Shown: positions 1 through 8,014 of the stretch, piece after piece
How the letters are laid out: every line of letters starts with the position of its first letter
Numbering within the stretch: position 1 is the first letter of the stretch
DNA from: Bdellovibrionia bacterium
GTDB lineage: Bacteria; Bdellovibrionota; UBA1018
Direction of reading: 5' to 3'
DNA: 14,931 nucleotides
Assembly: GCA_049424145.1 (NCBI GenBank)
Contig: JBMSSC010000064.1
Location: 1-14,931, forward strand
Position numbers and translations under genes: made by a program
The notes under the pieces: model-generated
What the model was told of the DNA's origin: nothing
The model's input: the letters and a program-made list of their open reading frames with translations, nothing else
The model's database searches: none

Positions 1-351
1 GTTCTGTACTTGACAGATTTTACCGAGCACAAGATGTTTTTTGGTGCTCGAACCGGATATCTGAATTTCAAAGAACGAAAACTCTATTTATCTTAACTGG
101 AGCAAAAATGGAACGCCGAACTCAAGTTCGGATGCCTGATATCCTCCTGCGAACCCAGGAGGTTCTACGGCATGTTTGATAAAAGGAACGAAGAGAGAGT
201 TTTTTTTGCTCGCCAAGAGCTTTTTTCAGGAGTCACAAGCTCAGGCCGCCGTTCGTTGGTCGTGCTGGATCAAGTCCCTCTTCTGGGGCTTCGTCGGGAA
301 AATTTCAGGAAGGTCCTACGCACTGAGCCCAGATCGTGTTAATTTTATCCT

Positions 352-699
352 ATGCATCCCCCGTTGATTCGAGAAGTGAGACTAAGTGTTTCAGAGGACA
401 ATGAGTCTGGTACCGTCATTCAAGTGGCTCGTCCCCAGGTGAAAGAACCTCCGCGTTACGCTGTCATCTTGCATAATGACGATTACACAACGATGGAGTT
501 TGTGACGGAGGTTCTGAGGCGTTATTTTCATAAGTCGGACGAGGAAGCGGTACAAATTATGCTGCAGGTCCATCAGAAAGGTAAAGGAACTGCAGGAGTT
601 TATTCCTTTGAGATTGCAGAGACCAAGGTGATGCAAGTCGAAGAGTATGCTCGCTTCAAAGGGCATCCGCTGAAGTGCTCCATTGAGCCGGTTCCTTGA
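352..699 (+). CDS. clpS: ATP-dependent Clp protease adaptor ClpS
   Basis: ClpS signature PPRYAVILHNDDYTTMEFV...IMLQVHQKGKG...AETKV...HPLKCSIE; directly upstream of clpA. The start could be GTG at 376. Confidence 0.96.
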   Translation: MHPPLIREVRLSVSEDNESGTVIQVARPQVKEPPRYAVILHNDDYTTMEFVTEVLRRYFHKSDEEAVQIMLQVHQKGKGTAGVYSFEIAETKVMQVEEYARFKGHPLKCSIEPVP

Positions 700-787
700 C
701 GGGTTCTCGCTGTACAGATGGAGTGAAAAAAGGGTATAAAGAACCCATTGATGGAAAGAAGTAAAAAAAAAGGTTTGGGATTCACCC

Positions 788-3430
788 ATGATCGGTCGTA
801 AAGCAGAAGCAGTTTTAAATCGGGCAGTGCGCAGTGCAGTCGAGCAGGAGCATGAGTATTTCACCCTTGAACACGTGCTTTGGAGCTTGCTTGCTGACGC
901 AAAAATCAGCGAGACCATTTTAGCTTGTGGTGGAGATCCGCAGGAGATCCGTCGCGAACTGGAGCTCTACCTTCAAGCCGAGATCCCCAAGGCCTCTCGG
1001 GCCGAGCATCCGCCTGAGAGTTCAAGAGGTGGTGAAGCCGCGCGAGAAAATGCTCCGGATAAGAATTCTGACCCCACACGAGACAATAGCAGTGATCATC
1101 GAATGGGTGGGTCCGAGGAGATGGACGAGTATCCGGTGGAGCATCCGGTGGCCACTCTCAGCATTCAGCGACTCATTCAACGAGCTCTGTTTCATGTCCA
1201 GTCTGCAGGCAAAGACGAGATTCAGCCCGAGGACCTCCTGGTGGCTTTGTTTCAAGCCAAAGACTCCAAGGCCCTGTACATGCTTGCACGCCAAGGGATT
1301 GAGCGCCTGGATGTTCTCAATTACATCAGTCATGGGATTCGCAAGGATAAGGACTCCGAAAAAGATGAGGAAATGGAGGACTCTGAGGACTCACCTGACG
1401 GCAGTGACGGTGAAGCCGACGATGGCCCTGTGAGCAAACCTCAAGTCACCAAGTCCCAGGACGATCCCCTGTCGCTCTATGCATTGAATCTTAATGAACG
1501 GGCTAAGGCAGGGCGAATTGATCCCCTCATTGGAAGACAAATCGAGCTGGATCGCATCATTCAGACGTTGTGTCGCAGGAGAAAAAATAATCCTTTATTA
1601 GTGGGAGAGGCAGGGGTCGGAAAAACCGCCTTGGCCGAAGGGTTGGCCATGCGCATTGTGGCTCGAACGGTGCCGGATCTTCTGCATCACTCCATTGTGT
1701 ATTCTTTGGACCTTGGAGCGCTGCTGGCTGGGGCAAAGTTTCGAGGAGATTTTGAGCAACGCTTTAAGAAAGTCATTCAATCCCTTGAAACGAAGAAGGA
1801 ACGCGGGTTTAGTCCAATTTTGTTCATTGATGAGATTCATACCATCATTGGAGCCGGGGCAGTGAGTGGGGGAGCCTTAGATGCAGCCAATCTTTTAAAA
1901 CCCTTCTTATCTCAGGGGGCGATTCGGTGCATTGGATCAACCACTTACGCCGAGTACCGCGGAGTGTTTGAAAAAGATCATGCTCTGGCCCGGAGGTTTC
2001 AAAAGATTGATGTGGCTGAGCCCACGATTGATGAAGCCGTTCAGATCCTCATGGGATTAAAGCCAAGGTTTGAGGAGCATCACCGAGTGATCTACTCAGC
2101 TGAGGCCATTCGAGCCGCCGTTGAGCTATCGGCCAAGCATTTAACCGAGCGATTTTTACCGGATAAAGCCATTGATATTATTGATGAGGCAGGAGCCAAG
2201 GTTCGGCTGAAACGGAATCAGGCGTCGGGATCCTTGGAAAACGAGTTTCGCGAGGGGGGGCAGGCCAAGGAGGAGAAGGGCTTTCAGGCTGACTTTTCCG
2301 GCCTAACTGAGGATTTAGGGGAGTCTCAGGAACCCGAGTTTCTCATTGATTCGCCGCTGATTGAGGAGGTCGTGGCCCAGATTGCTCGGATCCCGGCGAG
2401 ATCCATTAGTACCTCTCAAAAAGTTCGTTTGAAGAACTTAAAGTCAGATTTGAAGCTTTCGATCTTTGGACAAGATCCAGGAGTGGAGGCCTTGGTCACA
2501 GCCATTCGTTTGGCGCGATCTGGTCTGAGAACCGGAGATCGACCCGTGGGATGTTTTTTATTCTGTGGGCCTACGGGAGTTGGAAAAACCGAGCTTAGTA
2601 AACAGTTATCCCATTGTCTTGGGGTTCCCTTTCTCCGATTTGATATGAGCGAGTACAGTGAGAAGCATACGGTCTCTCGCCTCATTGGTGCGCCTCCCGG
2701 CTATGTTGGTTTTGAGCAGGCGGGCTTGCTGACCGATGGAGTGCTGAAGAATCCTCATTCCGTGATCCTTTTAGATGAGCTGGAGAAGGCGCATCCGGAT
2801 ATCTGGAACGTGCTCCTTCAGGTCATGGATCACGGGATGTTAACGGACAGCAATGGGCGGAAAGCCGATTTTAGAAACGCCATTCTGATTATGACCTCCA
2901 ACGTGGGCTCGCGAGAGCTGGAGCGCAGACCTTTGGGAATGGGGTCCGCTGGGGCAGGATCCTCCGGTCTTGCAGCGCAAAAAGCGGTGGAACAAACCTT
3001 TAGTCCTGAGTTTCGAAACCGCCTGGATGCGATTGTCTATTTCAATCCCCTGGACCCCGCAACGGTGGTGCAGGTGGTCAATAAGCACTTAATGGAGCTT
3101 GAATCTCAGCTCTTGAGTAAAAAAGTCGATGTTGAGTTTGCCGCCGAGGTCAAAGACTGGCTTGCTGAAAAAGGCTATGATCGGCTGATGGGGGCACGTC
3201 CCTTAAACCGACTCATTCAGGATCGGATCAAAAAACCGCTCTCGGAGGAAATCCTCTTTGGCAGGCTTGAGCATGGGGGAAAAGTCCGAGTTTTTGTTCA
3301 GAATGATGACTTAGCCTTTGAGTATCACAGTGCCCCGGTTCAACGCGCCGGGCAGGAGTCGGAAGCCCGAGTTCAAGAGGTGAGGGATCAGGATCCGCTT
3401 TTGCTCAGTGTCAAGCGGAGGCGTTCTTAA
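788..3430 (+). CDS. clpA: ATP-dependent Clp protease ATP-binding subunit ClpA (880 aa, with low-complexity insertions)
   Basis: Clp-N domain (HEYFTLEHVL), AAA+ D1 Walker A GEAGVGKT and Walker B LFIDEIH, D2 Walker A GPTGVGKT and LLDELEKAH, C-terminal MGARPL; LCRRRKNNP and NYISHG motifs typical of ClpA; follows clpS. Confidence 0.95.
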   Translation: MIGRKAEAVLNRAVRSAVEQEHEYFTLEHVLWSLLADAKISETILACGGDPQEIRRELELYLQAEIPKASRAEHPPESSRGGEAARENAPDKNSDPTRDNSSDHRMGGSEEMDEYPVEHPVATLSIQRLIQRALFHVQSAGKDEIQPEDLLVALFQAKDSKALYMLARQGIERLDVLNYISHGIRKDKDSEKDEEMEDSEDSPDGSDGEADDGPVSKPQVTKSQDDPLSLYALNLNERAKAGRIDPLIGRQIELDRIIQTLCRRRKNNPLLVGEAGVGKTALAEGLAMRIVARTVPDLLHHSIVYSLDLGALLAGAKFRGDFEQRFKKVIQSLETKKERGFSPILFIDEIHTIIGAGAVSGGALDAANLLKPFLSQGAIRCIGSTTYAEYRGVFEKDHALARRFQKIDVAEPTIDEAVQILMGLKPRFEEHHRVIYSAEAIRAAVELSAKHLTERFLPDKAIDIIDEAGAKVRLKRNQASGSLENEFREGGQAKEEKGFQADFSGLTEDLGESQEPEFLIDSPLIEEVVAQIARIPARSISTSQKVRLKNLKSDLKLSIFGQDPGVEALVTAIRLARSGLRTGDRPVGCFLFCGPTGVGKTELSKQLSHCLGVPFLRFDMSEYSEKHTVSRLIGAPPGYVGFEQAGLLTDGVLKNPHSVILLDELEKAHPDIWNVLLQVMDHGMLTDSNGRKADFRNAILIMTSNVGSRELERRPLGMGSAGAGSSGLAAQKAVEQTFSPEFRNRLDAIVYFNPLDPATVVQVVNKHLMELESQLLSKKVDVEFAAEVKDWLAEKGYDRLMGARPLNRLIQDRIKKPLSEEILFGRLEHGGKVRVFVQNDDLAFEYHSAPVQRAGQESEARVQEVRDQDPLLLSVKRRRS

Positions 3431-3540
3431 CTCCTGCGCTGGTCTCTGGCAAAACGCTTGTGTTTCTGAACTAAGTGCGTTACCTAAAGGGCAATGGGAG
3501 TCTACCTTCTCACCCACAGAGACGTGGGGGCGTGCGCGTA

Positions 3541-3590
3541 GAAGATCGACAAGGATCGACAAGGATCGACAAGGATGGACAAAAAGATGC
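3541..3590 (+). repeat. 10-bp tandem repeat (AAGGATCGAC consensus, about 4-5 degenerate units)
   Basis: GAAGATCGAC AAGGATCGAC AAGGATCGAC AAGGATGGAC AAAAAGATGC read directly. Confidence 0.85.
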
Positions 3591-3766
3591 GAATCGTTCC
3601 GATTCACTCTTTCTGCAGTCCTTGAGAAGCGCGAACTGGGTAGAGTCCAGACCGCTCTGGTTTTTCCGATCAGAGAGTGGTTCACTCAAAAATTCAATGA
3701 AAGGAAAAAGCGGGTCACCTCCTTCTCTGAAGGGCTGAGGAGTTGAGATTCCGCTGGAAGAAGTTC

Positions 3767-3970
3767 ATGACAGGCACACAAACGAAAGAAGTACAAACGG
3801 CAGTTCCCGCTCAAGTTTTAAGAAGAAAACTGAAAGATTTGGGAAGAAAAAAACGAGCAGATAAATTAAAAGCGGATGCGGCTTTTGCAAAAGCCTATCA
3901 TGAAGCCAAGTCCAAAAGGGCTTTAGAGAAGAAATCAGCTTTCCGTAAAAAGAAATCTAGGAAAAAATAA
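3767..3970 (+). CDS. small, highly basic (Lys/Arg-rich) hypothetical protein, 67 aa
   Basis: ORF MTGTQTKEVQ...RRKLKDLGRKKRADKLK...KSKRALEKKSAFRKKKSRKK; the stop is followed immediately by a terminator-like hairpin. ATG 3767 preferred over TTG 3743. Confidence 0.75.
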   Translation: MTGTQTKEVQTAVPAQVLRRKLKDLGRKKRADKLKADAAFAKAYHEAKSKRALEKKSAFRKKKSRKK

Positions 3971-3999
3971 TTCCTCCCGTTTTTAAACGGAGGAATTTC
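3969..3999 (+). terminator. hairpin or putative intrinsic terminator after the basic protein gene
   Basis: AATTCCTCC(C)GTTT-TT-AAACGGAGGAATT inverted repeat with a single-base bulge. Confidence 0.6.
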
Positions 4000-4037
4000 T
4001 CCACGATTCAAGTTAGAATCGTGTAAAATTAAAAATG

Positions 4038-4083
4038 AGAAAAAAGAAAAGGGAGGTCCCACGATCTCCCTTTTCTTTTTTCT
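4038..4083. terminator. bidirectional intrinsic terminator-like 21-bp hairpin
   Basis: AGAAAAAAGAAAAGGGAGGTC-CCAC-GATCTCCCTTTTCTTTTTTCT: 21-bp stem with one G-T pair; A-rich 5' arm and T-rich 3' arm. Confidence 0.75.
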
Positions 4084-4211
4084 TTCCATCCAGAGCAATG
4101 ATGCAAGCAAGAAGGTCCATGAGTGGGGATGGGCAATGAAGTGGGGGAGGGGCCTTGGCTTTGTGGAGGGTGCCCTTAAATCAGCAGTCCTAGGGACGAA
4201 CGGAGGAAGCC

Positions 4212-4841
4212 ATGGAAAGTGGGCAGGGTGGGAAGAGTGGACTGAATGGACCGAATGGGCTGAATGGGAAGGCAACACCCATTCTTCTGAGTTCCGGTTG
4301 GAGAGCTCGCGCGATTGCCTCGTTGGAATGGCTGCTCTTGAAAGTGCTTTCTCAGTCTCAATTTGAAACCCTGCTTCTTTGGGCCTTTGGGGTTCGAATC
4401 CCCATGCTTCTTTTTGCGACTCCTACCGTGGTTGAGCTCAATGAGCAGCGATGTGAGATTCGCATTCCCTTGAATTGGAGGACGCGCAATCATTTGGGTT
4501 CGATGTATTTTGGAACCTTGGCCGTGGGGGCGGATTGTGCGGGGGGATTGATGGCGATGCGCTTGATTCAGAAACACAGAGTGCCAGTGAGTTTGATTTT
4601 CAAAGACTTTCAGGCGGATTTTATCAAGCGAGCTGAGGGGGATGTGCACTTCTCTTTAGAGGCTCAGCATTCAGGCTCTTCGATCCCAGCGCTGGTTCAG
4701 AGAGCCATCGACACTGGAGAGCGGCAAAATCTAAAGGTCGAAGTGGTGGCAACGGTTCCTAAAAAAACCGGTTCGCAACCAGTGGCTCGATTTCAGCTCA
4801 CCTTGTCCTTAAAGAGACGTTCAGGGGAACTGAGCAGTTAG
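4212..4841 (+). CDS. DUF4442 / PaaI-like hotdog-fold (thioesterase-like) protein
   Basis: IRIPLNWRTRNHLGSMYFGTLAVGADCAGG and SLIFKDFQADFIKRAEGDVHF motifs typical of DUF4442/YiiD-like hotdog proteins; GGAGG at 4202-4206 supports ATG 4212. Confidence 0.85.
   Translation: MESGQGGKSGLNGPNGLNGKATPILLSSGWRARAIASLEWLLLKVLSQSQFETLLLWAFGVRIPMLLFATPTVVELNEQRCEIRIPLNWRTRNHLGSMYFGTLAVGADCAGGLMAMRLIQKHRVPVSLIFKDFQADFIKRAEGDVHFSLEAQHSGSSIPALVQRAIDTGERQNLKVEVVATVPKKTGSQPVARFQLTLSLKRRSGELSS
4217..4270 (+). repeat. degenerate 9-bp tandem repeat (6 units, TGG every 9 nt)
   Basis: AAGTGGGCA GGGTGGGAA GAGTGGACT GAATGGACC GAATGGGCT GAATGGGAA. Confidence 0.7.
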
Positions 4842-5488
4842 AAAATTTTTAAACGGCAAGCCTGTTGCTTGGAGAGTCGGGTTAAGAACTCGTCGCGATC
4901 CAGGAGCTGGGCACCTAAGGCCTGCAGATGAGGGGTCATGACTTGAATGTCAATCCAAGTGAGTCCTTGCGCTTGGAGGTGATGGAGAAGAAAGACGATG
5001 GCCAGCTTGGATGCGTGATCGGCGAGATGAAACATGCTTTCCGCTGAAAAGGCCCCGCCTGAATCCACACCATAAAGCCCTCCTACGAGTCGATCCCCTT
5101 GCCAAGCTTCAACGCTGTGAGCCACTTTGAGTTCGTGGAGTTGGAGATAGGCTTGACGCATGGCAGAAGTAATCCAGGTGCCCGATTGGCCAGCTCGTGG
5201 AACCTTGGCACAAAGTTCAATGACTTGAGGGAAGGCTTGATCGACGGTGAAACGGTAGAGGTTTTTCTTTTGAAATCGCACCAGACTTCTTGAAAGGTGA
5301 AGTTGGTGGATGTCTAAAATGGCTCGTTCGGCAGGACAAAACCACGGTAGGGGGAGTCCTGGGATCGGCCACGGAAAAATGCCCTGCCGGTAGGCTTGAA
5401 TCAAAGTATCGGGGCTTAAATCCCCTCCAAAAGCCACAATCCCCTCCGAGTTTGCCTTTCGGGGGTCTGGGAATAAACGAATCGGCAT
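4838..5488 (-). CDS. aat: leucyl/phenylalanyl-tRNA--protein transferase
   Basis: FPDP...GGDLSPDTLIQAYRQGIFPW, TWIT, AHSVEAW...LVGGLYGV...FSAESMFH...ASKLA...IDIQVMTPHL. Its stop codon overlaps that of the convergent DUF4442 gene by 4 nt. Confidence 0.96.
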   Translation of the reverse strand: MPIRLFPDPRKANSEGIVAFGGDLSPDTLIQAYRQGIFPWPIPGLPLPWFCPAERAILDIHQLHLSRSLVRFQKKNLYRFTVDQAFPQVIELCAKVPRAGQSGTWITSAMRQAYLQLHELKVAHSVEAWQGDRLVGGLYGVDSGGAFSAESMFHLADHASKLAIVFLLHHLQAQGLTWIDIQVMTPHLQALGAQLLDRDEFLTRLSKQQACRLKIF

Positions 5489-5570
5489 AGGGCACGCAGT
5501 TTACCATGAACTTGGGTTTCTGAAAAATTTACTCTATTCAGAGGGTTTCAAGTTGAGGTAATCTAAAAGT

Positions 5571-6416
5571 GTGAAAACGTTCATTACGATTCCGACTTAC
5601 AATGAAGCCCCCACCATTGGCTCGTTAATTGAGCAGATCTTAGGATTAGGTCTGGCTGATCTAGGAATTCTCGTCATTGACGATAGCTCCACGGATGGAA
5701 CGCGAGAAGTGGTCACTCAACTCGCTCAGGCTCATCCCTCTGTAAAACTCGTGGAGCGATTGGATCACTATCGGGGCAAGGCCACGGCCAGTCTTGTGGG
5801 CTTTGATCTAGCTTTGCAGCTGGGAGCGGATCAAATTGTGGAGATGGATGGTGATTTTTCACATAACCCTCAAGACATTCCACAGCTGCTGGCCGCACTA
5901 CAGGATTCGGAGATCTCCATTGGCTCACGTCTGGTGATGGGGGGGATGGATTTGCGACCTAAGGCCAAGCGAGTGTTTAGTTTTTTTACGAATTTCTATA
6001 TTCGTGTGGCTTTAGAGCGGCGGTCTCATCGCAGTGTGGTCAATGATTGGACGAGTCGGTTTCGCGCCTACCGAAGAGAAGTGCTGGTGAAGATTCCGCC
6101 CTTTACGTTATTGCCGGGATCCGATGCTCTGGGGCAAGAACTATTGTTTCGTGCCTTGAACGCAGGGATGCGCGTGAAGGAGTTACCCATCCAGATGGTG
6201 AGTCGTCCCAGTGGATGCTCTGGCTTGGATTTTATGGAAGGGGTTCATTGCTTTTTAAGCGTACTGGCGTATGCGATCCTCTACCGTTTTCGGAATATGG
6301 ATTTTAGTCTGGGTCACCTTCAAGCCAAGGTGGTGGATCAGAGCTCCTATCAAGTCACCTCGATTGAGGCGTCCGCAGATCCTGCTCACGCTCCACGGAT
6401 TCAAATCTCTTCTTGA
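5571..6416 (+). CDS. GT2 glycosyltransferase, polyprenol monophosphomannose synthase (DPM1/Ppm1)-like
   Basis: IPTYNEA, VIDDSSTDGT, EMDGDFSHNP, IGSR and D-x-T-S-x-FRAYRR motifs. Confidence 0.88.
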   Translation: MKTFITIPTYNEAPTIGSLIEQILGLGLADLGILVIDDSSTDGTREVVTQLAQAHPSVKLVERLDHYRGKATASLVGFDLALQLGADQIVEMDGDFSHNPQDIPQLLAALQDSEISIGSRLVMGGMDLRPKAKRVFSFFTNFYIRVALERRSHRSVVNDWTSRFRAYRREVLVKIPPFTLLPGSDALGQELLFRALNAGMRVKELPIQMVSRPSGCSGLDFMEGVHCFLSVLAYAILYRFRNMDFSLGHLQAKVVDQSSYQVTSIEASADPAHAPRIQISS

Positions 6417-6432
6417 AAAAAGGGGAGTCCTT

Positions 6433-7845
6433 TTAAGTTTTTTTCAAAGCAGAGACCATTTGTTGGCCCCAGTGAAGTGCACTTTGGTTTTGAACCTTCT
6501 GCTTCATGCTTTGCATGCGTTGGGATCTCTCCTGGTGTGGCATCCTGAGGGCATGGGCCATGGCATCGGCCACCTGCTCAGGGGAGTAGGGGTTGACGAT
6601 CCAGGCCTCAGTGAGTTCTTGGCAGGCACCTGTGAATTGACTCAGGATCAAAGCACCTTGATGCGGCTTCTGGCACCAAACATACTCCTTGGCCACAAGG
6701 TTCATCCCGTCATGAAGAGAGGTCACTAAGCACAGGTCGCCTAACTGGTAAAACTGCTGAAGCTGATCCCAGTTGAAGTGCTCGTTTAAGAAGTAGATCG
6801 GCTGGTACTTTCCATCGGAGGATCTAAAGCGCTCGTTCACTCTTTGGATGAGTTGCTTGAGGTGTTGTTCAAGGCTTTGATAAGCGGGTAGATGGCTTCG
6901 GCTGGGAGCTGCAATCTGAACCAGAGCAAATCGTCCTTGATAGGCAGGGTATTTTTCCAAAAACCGCTCGACGGCTTCCACCCGTTCTGGGATTCCTTTG
7001 GTGTAATCCAAGCGGTCCACTCCGACGGCTAATAGATCACAGTGAATGCCGTATTTTTTTTTCAGCTTCGAGATCTCCAGTGGGCTGAGATCGGTCACGG
7101 GCTCAGGCTGGATTCCGATCGGGAAGGCTCGAACTGAAGTGGAATGGTTCTCCCGATGAACCGAAAAGTGCTCCCAGTCCACTCGGGCCTCAAGGTAGCG
7201 ATCACAGGTGGCAAGAAAGTTATTGCAGTAGGCCTGCGTGTGAAAGCCGATTAAATCCGCTCCCAGAAGTCCACTTAAAAGTTCTTTTGCCCAAGGACAG
7301 ATTCCAAAAATCTCCGGATTGGGCCACGGAATGTGCCAAAACAATCCCACCTGCAGCTGAGTTTCAAGATGGATTTCTTTTAAGATGCGCGGGACCAGTG
7401 CGAAATGGTAGTCCTGCACCAGGATCAGAGGGTTTTGCTGAAGGTCGGTCCTACGAAGGGCTGAACTGAATTTGAAGTTAACGGTTTTGTACTGCTGCCA
7501 GTCGGAGAGTCGAAACACCGGGCGGTTGTGCGCTAAATGACAAAGAGGCCAAAGCCCTTCGTTGGAGAAGCCTGAGTAATACCCCGCTTCTTCTTGCGGA
7601 GTGAGAAACAGCCGCCTGAGTCGATAAGTGGGATCATGAGGAGGAACTGCAATCTCTCCTTTTGCATCGACTGTGAGTGGGTCAAAGGCTCCGCTTCCAT
7701 GGGCCACCCAAAGGCCTCCAGATGCTCTTAAGATGGGTTCTAAGGCGGTGACCAGTCCACTTGCCGGGCGAAGTGCTTCGTGCGCGCACGATGAGTTTTG
7801 ATGCACATAGGGTTCCCGGTTTGCAATCACGATGAGTGGATTCAT
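6433..7845 (-). CDS. otsA: trehalose-6-phosphate synthase (GT20 family)
   Basis: ANREP, SGLVTAL, YYSGFSNEGLWPLCH, VQDYHF, FWHIPWP, GVDRLDYTKGI, DGMNLVAKEY, LILSQFTGA, VNPY. The start is ATG 7845 or TTG 7866. Confidence 0.9.
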   Translation of the reverse strand: MNPLIVIANREPYVHQNSSCAHEALRPASGLVTALEPILRASGGLWVAHGSGAFDPLTVDAKGEIAVPPHDPTYRLRRLFLTPQEEAGYYSGFSNEGLWPLCHLAHNRPVFRLSDWQQYKTVNFKFSSALRRTDLQQNPLILVQDYHFALVPRILKEIHLETQLQVGLFWHIPWPNPEIFGICPWAKELLSGLLGADLIGFHTQAYCNNFLATCDRYLEARVDWEHFSVHRENHSTSVRAFPIGIQPEPVTDLSPLEISKLKKKYGIHCDLLAVGVDRLDYTKGIPERVEAVERFLEKYPAYQGRFALVQIAAPSRSHLPAYQSLEQHLKQLIQRVNERFRSSDGKYQPIYFLNEHFNWDQLQQFYQLGDLCLVTSLHDGMNLVAKEYVWCQKPHQGALILSQFTGACQELTEAWIVNPYSPEQVADAMAHALRMPHQERSQRMQSMKQKVQNQSALHWGQQMVSALKKT

Positions 7846-7954
7846 GCGCCTGGTAAGAGGTTGCAACCGTTATGCCCTAGGGAGAGGTAGGTGTTTAATG
7901 GTCTTCAGTCTTGACTTATAGAAATTAAATAAAACAAAAATTAAATAAAGTCGT

Positions 7955-7971
7955 CTGGCATTTGAGTTGCA
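7955..7971 (+). promoter_or_regulatory. putative sigma54 (-24/-12) promoter
   Basis: CTGGCATTTGAGTTGCA fits YTGGCA-N6-TTGCW with exact GG-N10-GC spacing; preceded by an AT-rich tract and followed by AGGAGG (8002-8007) and ATG 8015. Confidence 0.7.
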
Positions 7972-8014
7972 CATGAGCTGATTGTCGAACCAAATATTCT
8001 TAGGAGGATATTTA

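Noticed and set aside
3..179. Open frame 3 from the window edge (SVLDRFY...QEVLRHV*), possible 3' end of a gene
   Set aside because: No recognisable motif; frame 1 is also open for about 30 codons, so I cannot support a call.
176..367. 63-aa ORF upstream of clpS
   Set aside because: TTG start, no recognisable family, and it overlaps the putative clpS promoter and start.
391..3088. Antisense and alternate-frame ORFs within clpS/clpA (and similar ones inside aat, otsA, HAD, the methyltransferase, slyD and the CBS gene)
   Set aside because: They are shadow ORFs of well-supported genes with no independent coding signal.
3446..3462. Sigma54-like CTGGCAAAACGCTTGTG downstream of clpA
   Set aside because: The -12 element is TTGT rather than TTGC and it lies about 300 nt from the next start; support is insufficient.
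3311..3746. ORFs 3311-3685(-), 3408-3746(+) and 3475-3738(+), and a possible tRNA/tmRNA/RNase P gene in the clpA-downstream gap
   Set aside because: The ORFs have no motifs and partly translate the 10-mer repeat; I found no cloverleaf, tmRNA ends or RNase P GAGGAAAGTCC signature.
6416..6434. AAAAAGGG-GAG-TCCTTTTT hairpin between convergent GT2 and otsA
   Set aside because: Only two G-C pairs; it could be a weak bidirectional terminator but is too unstable to call.
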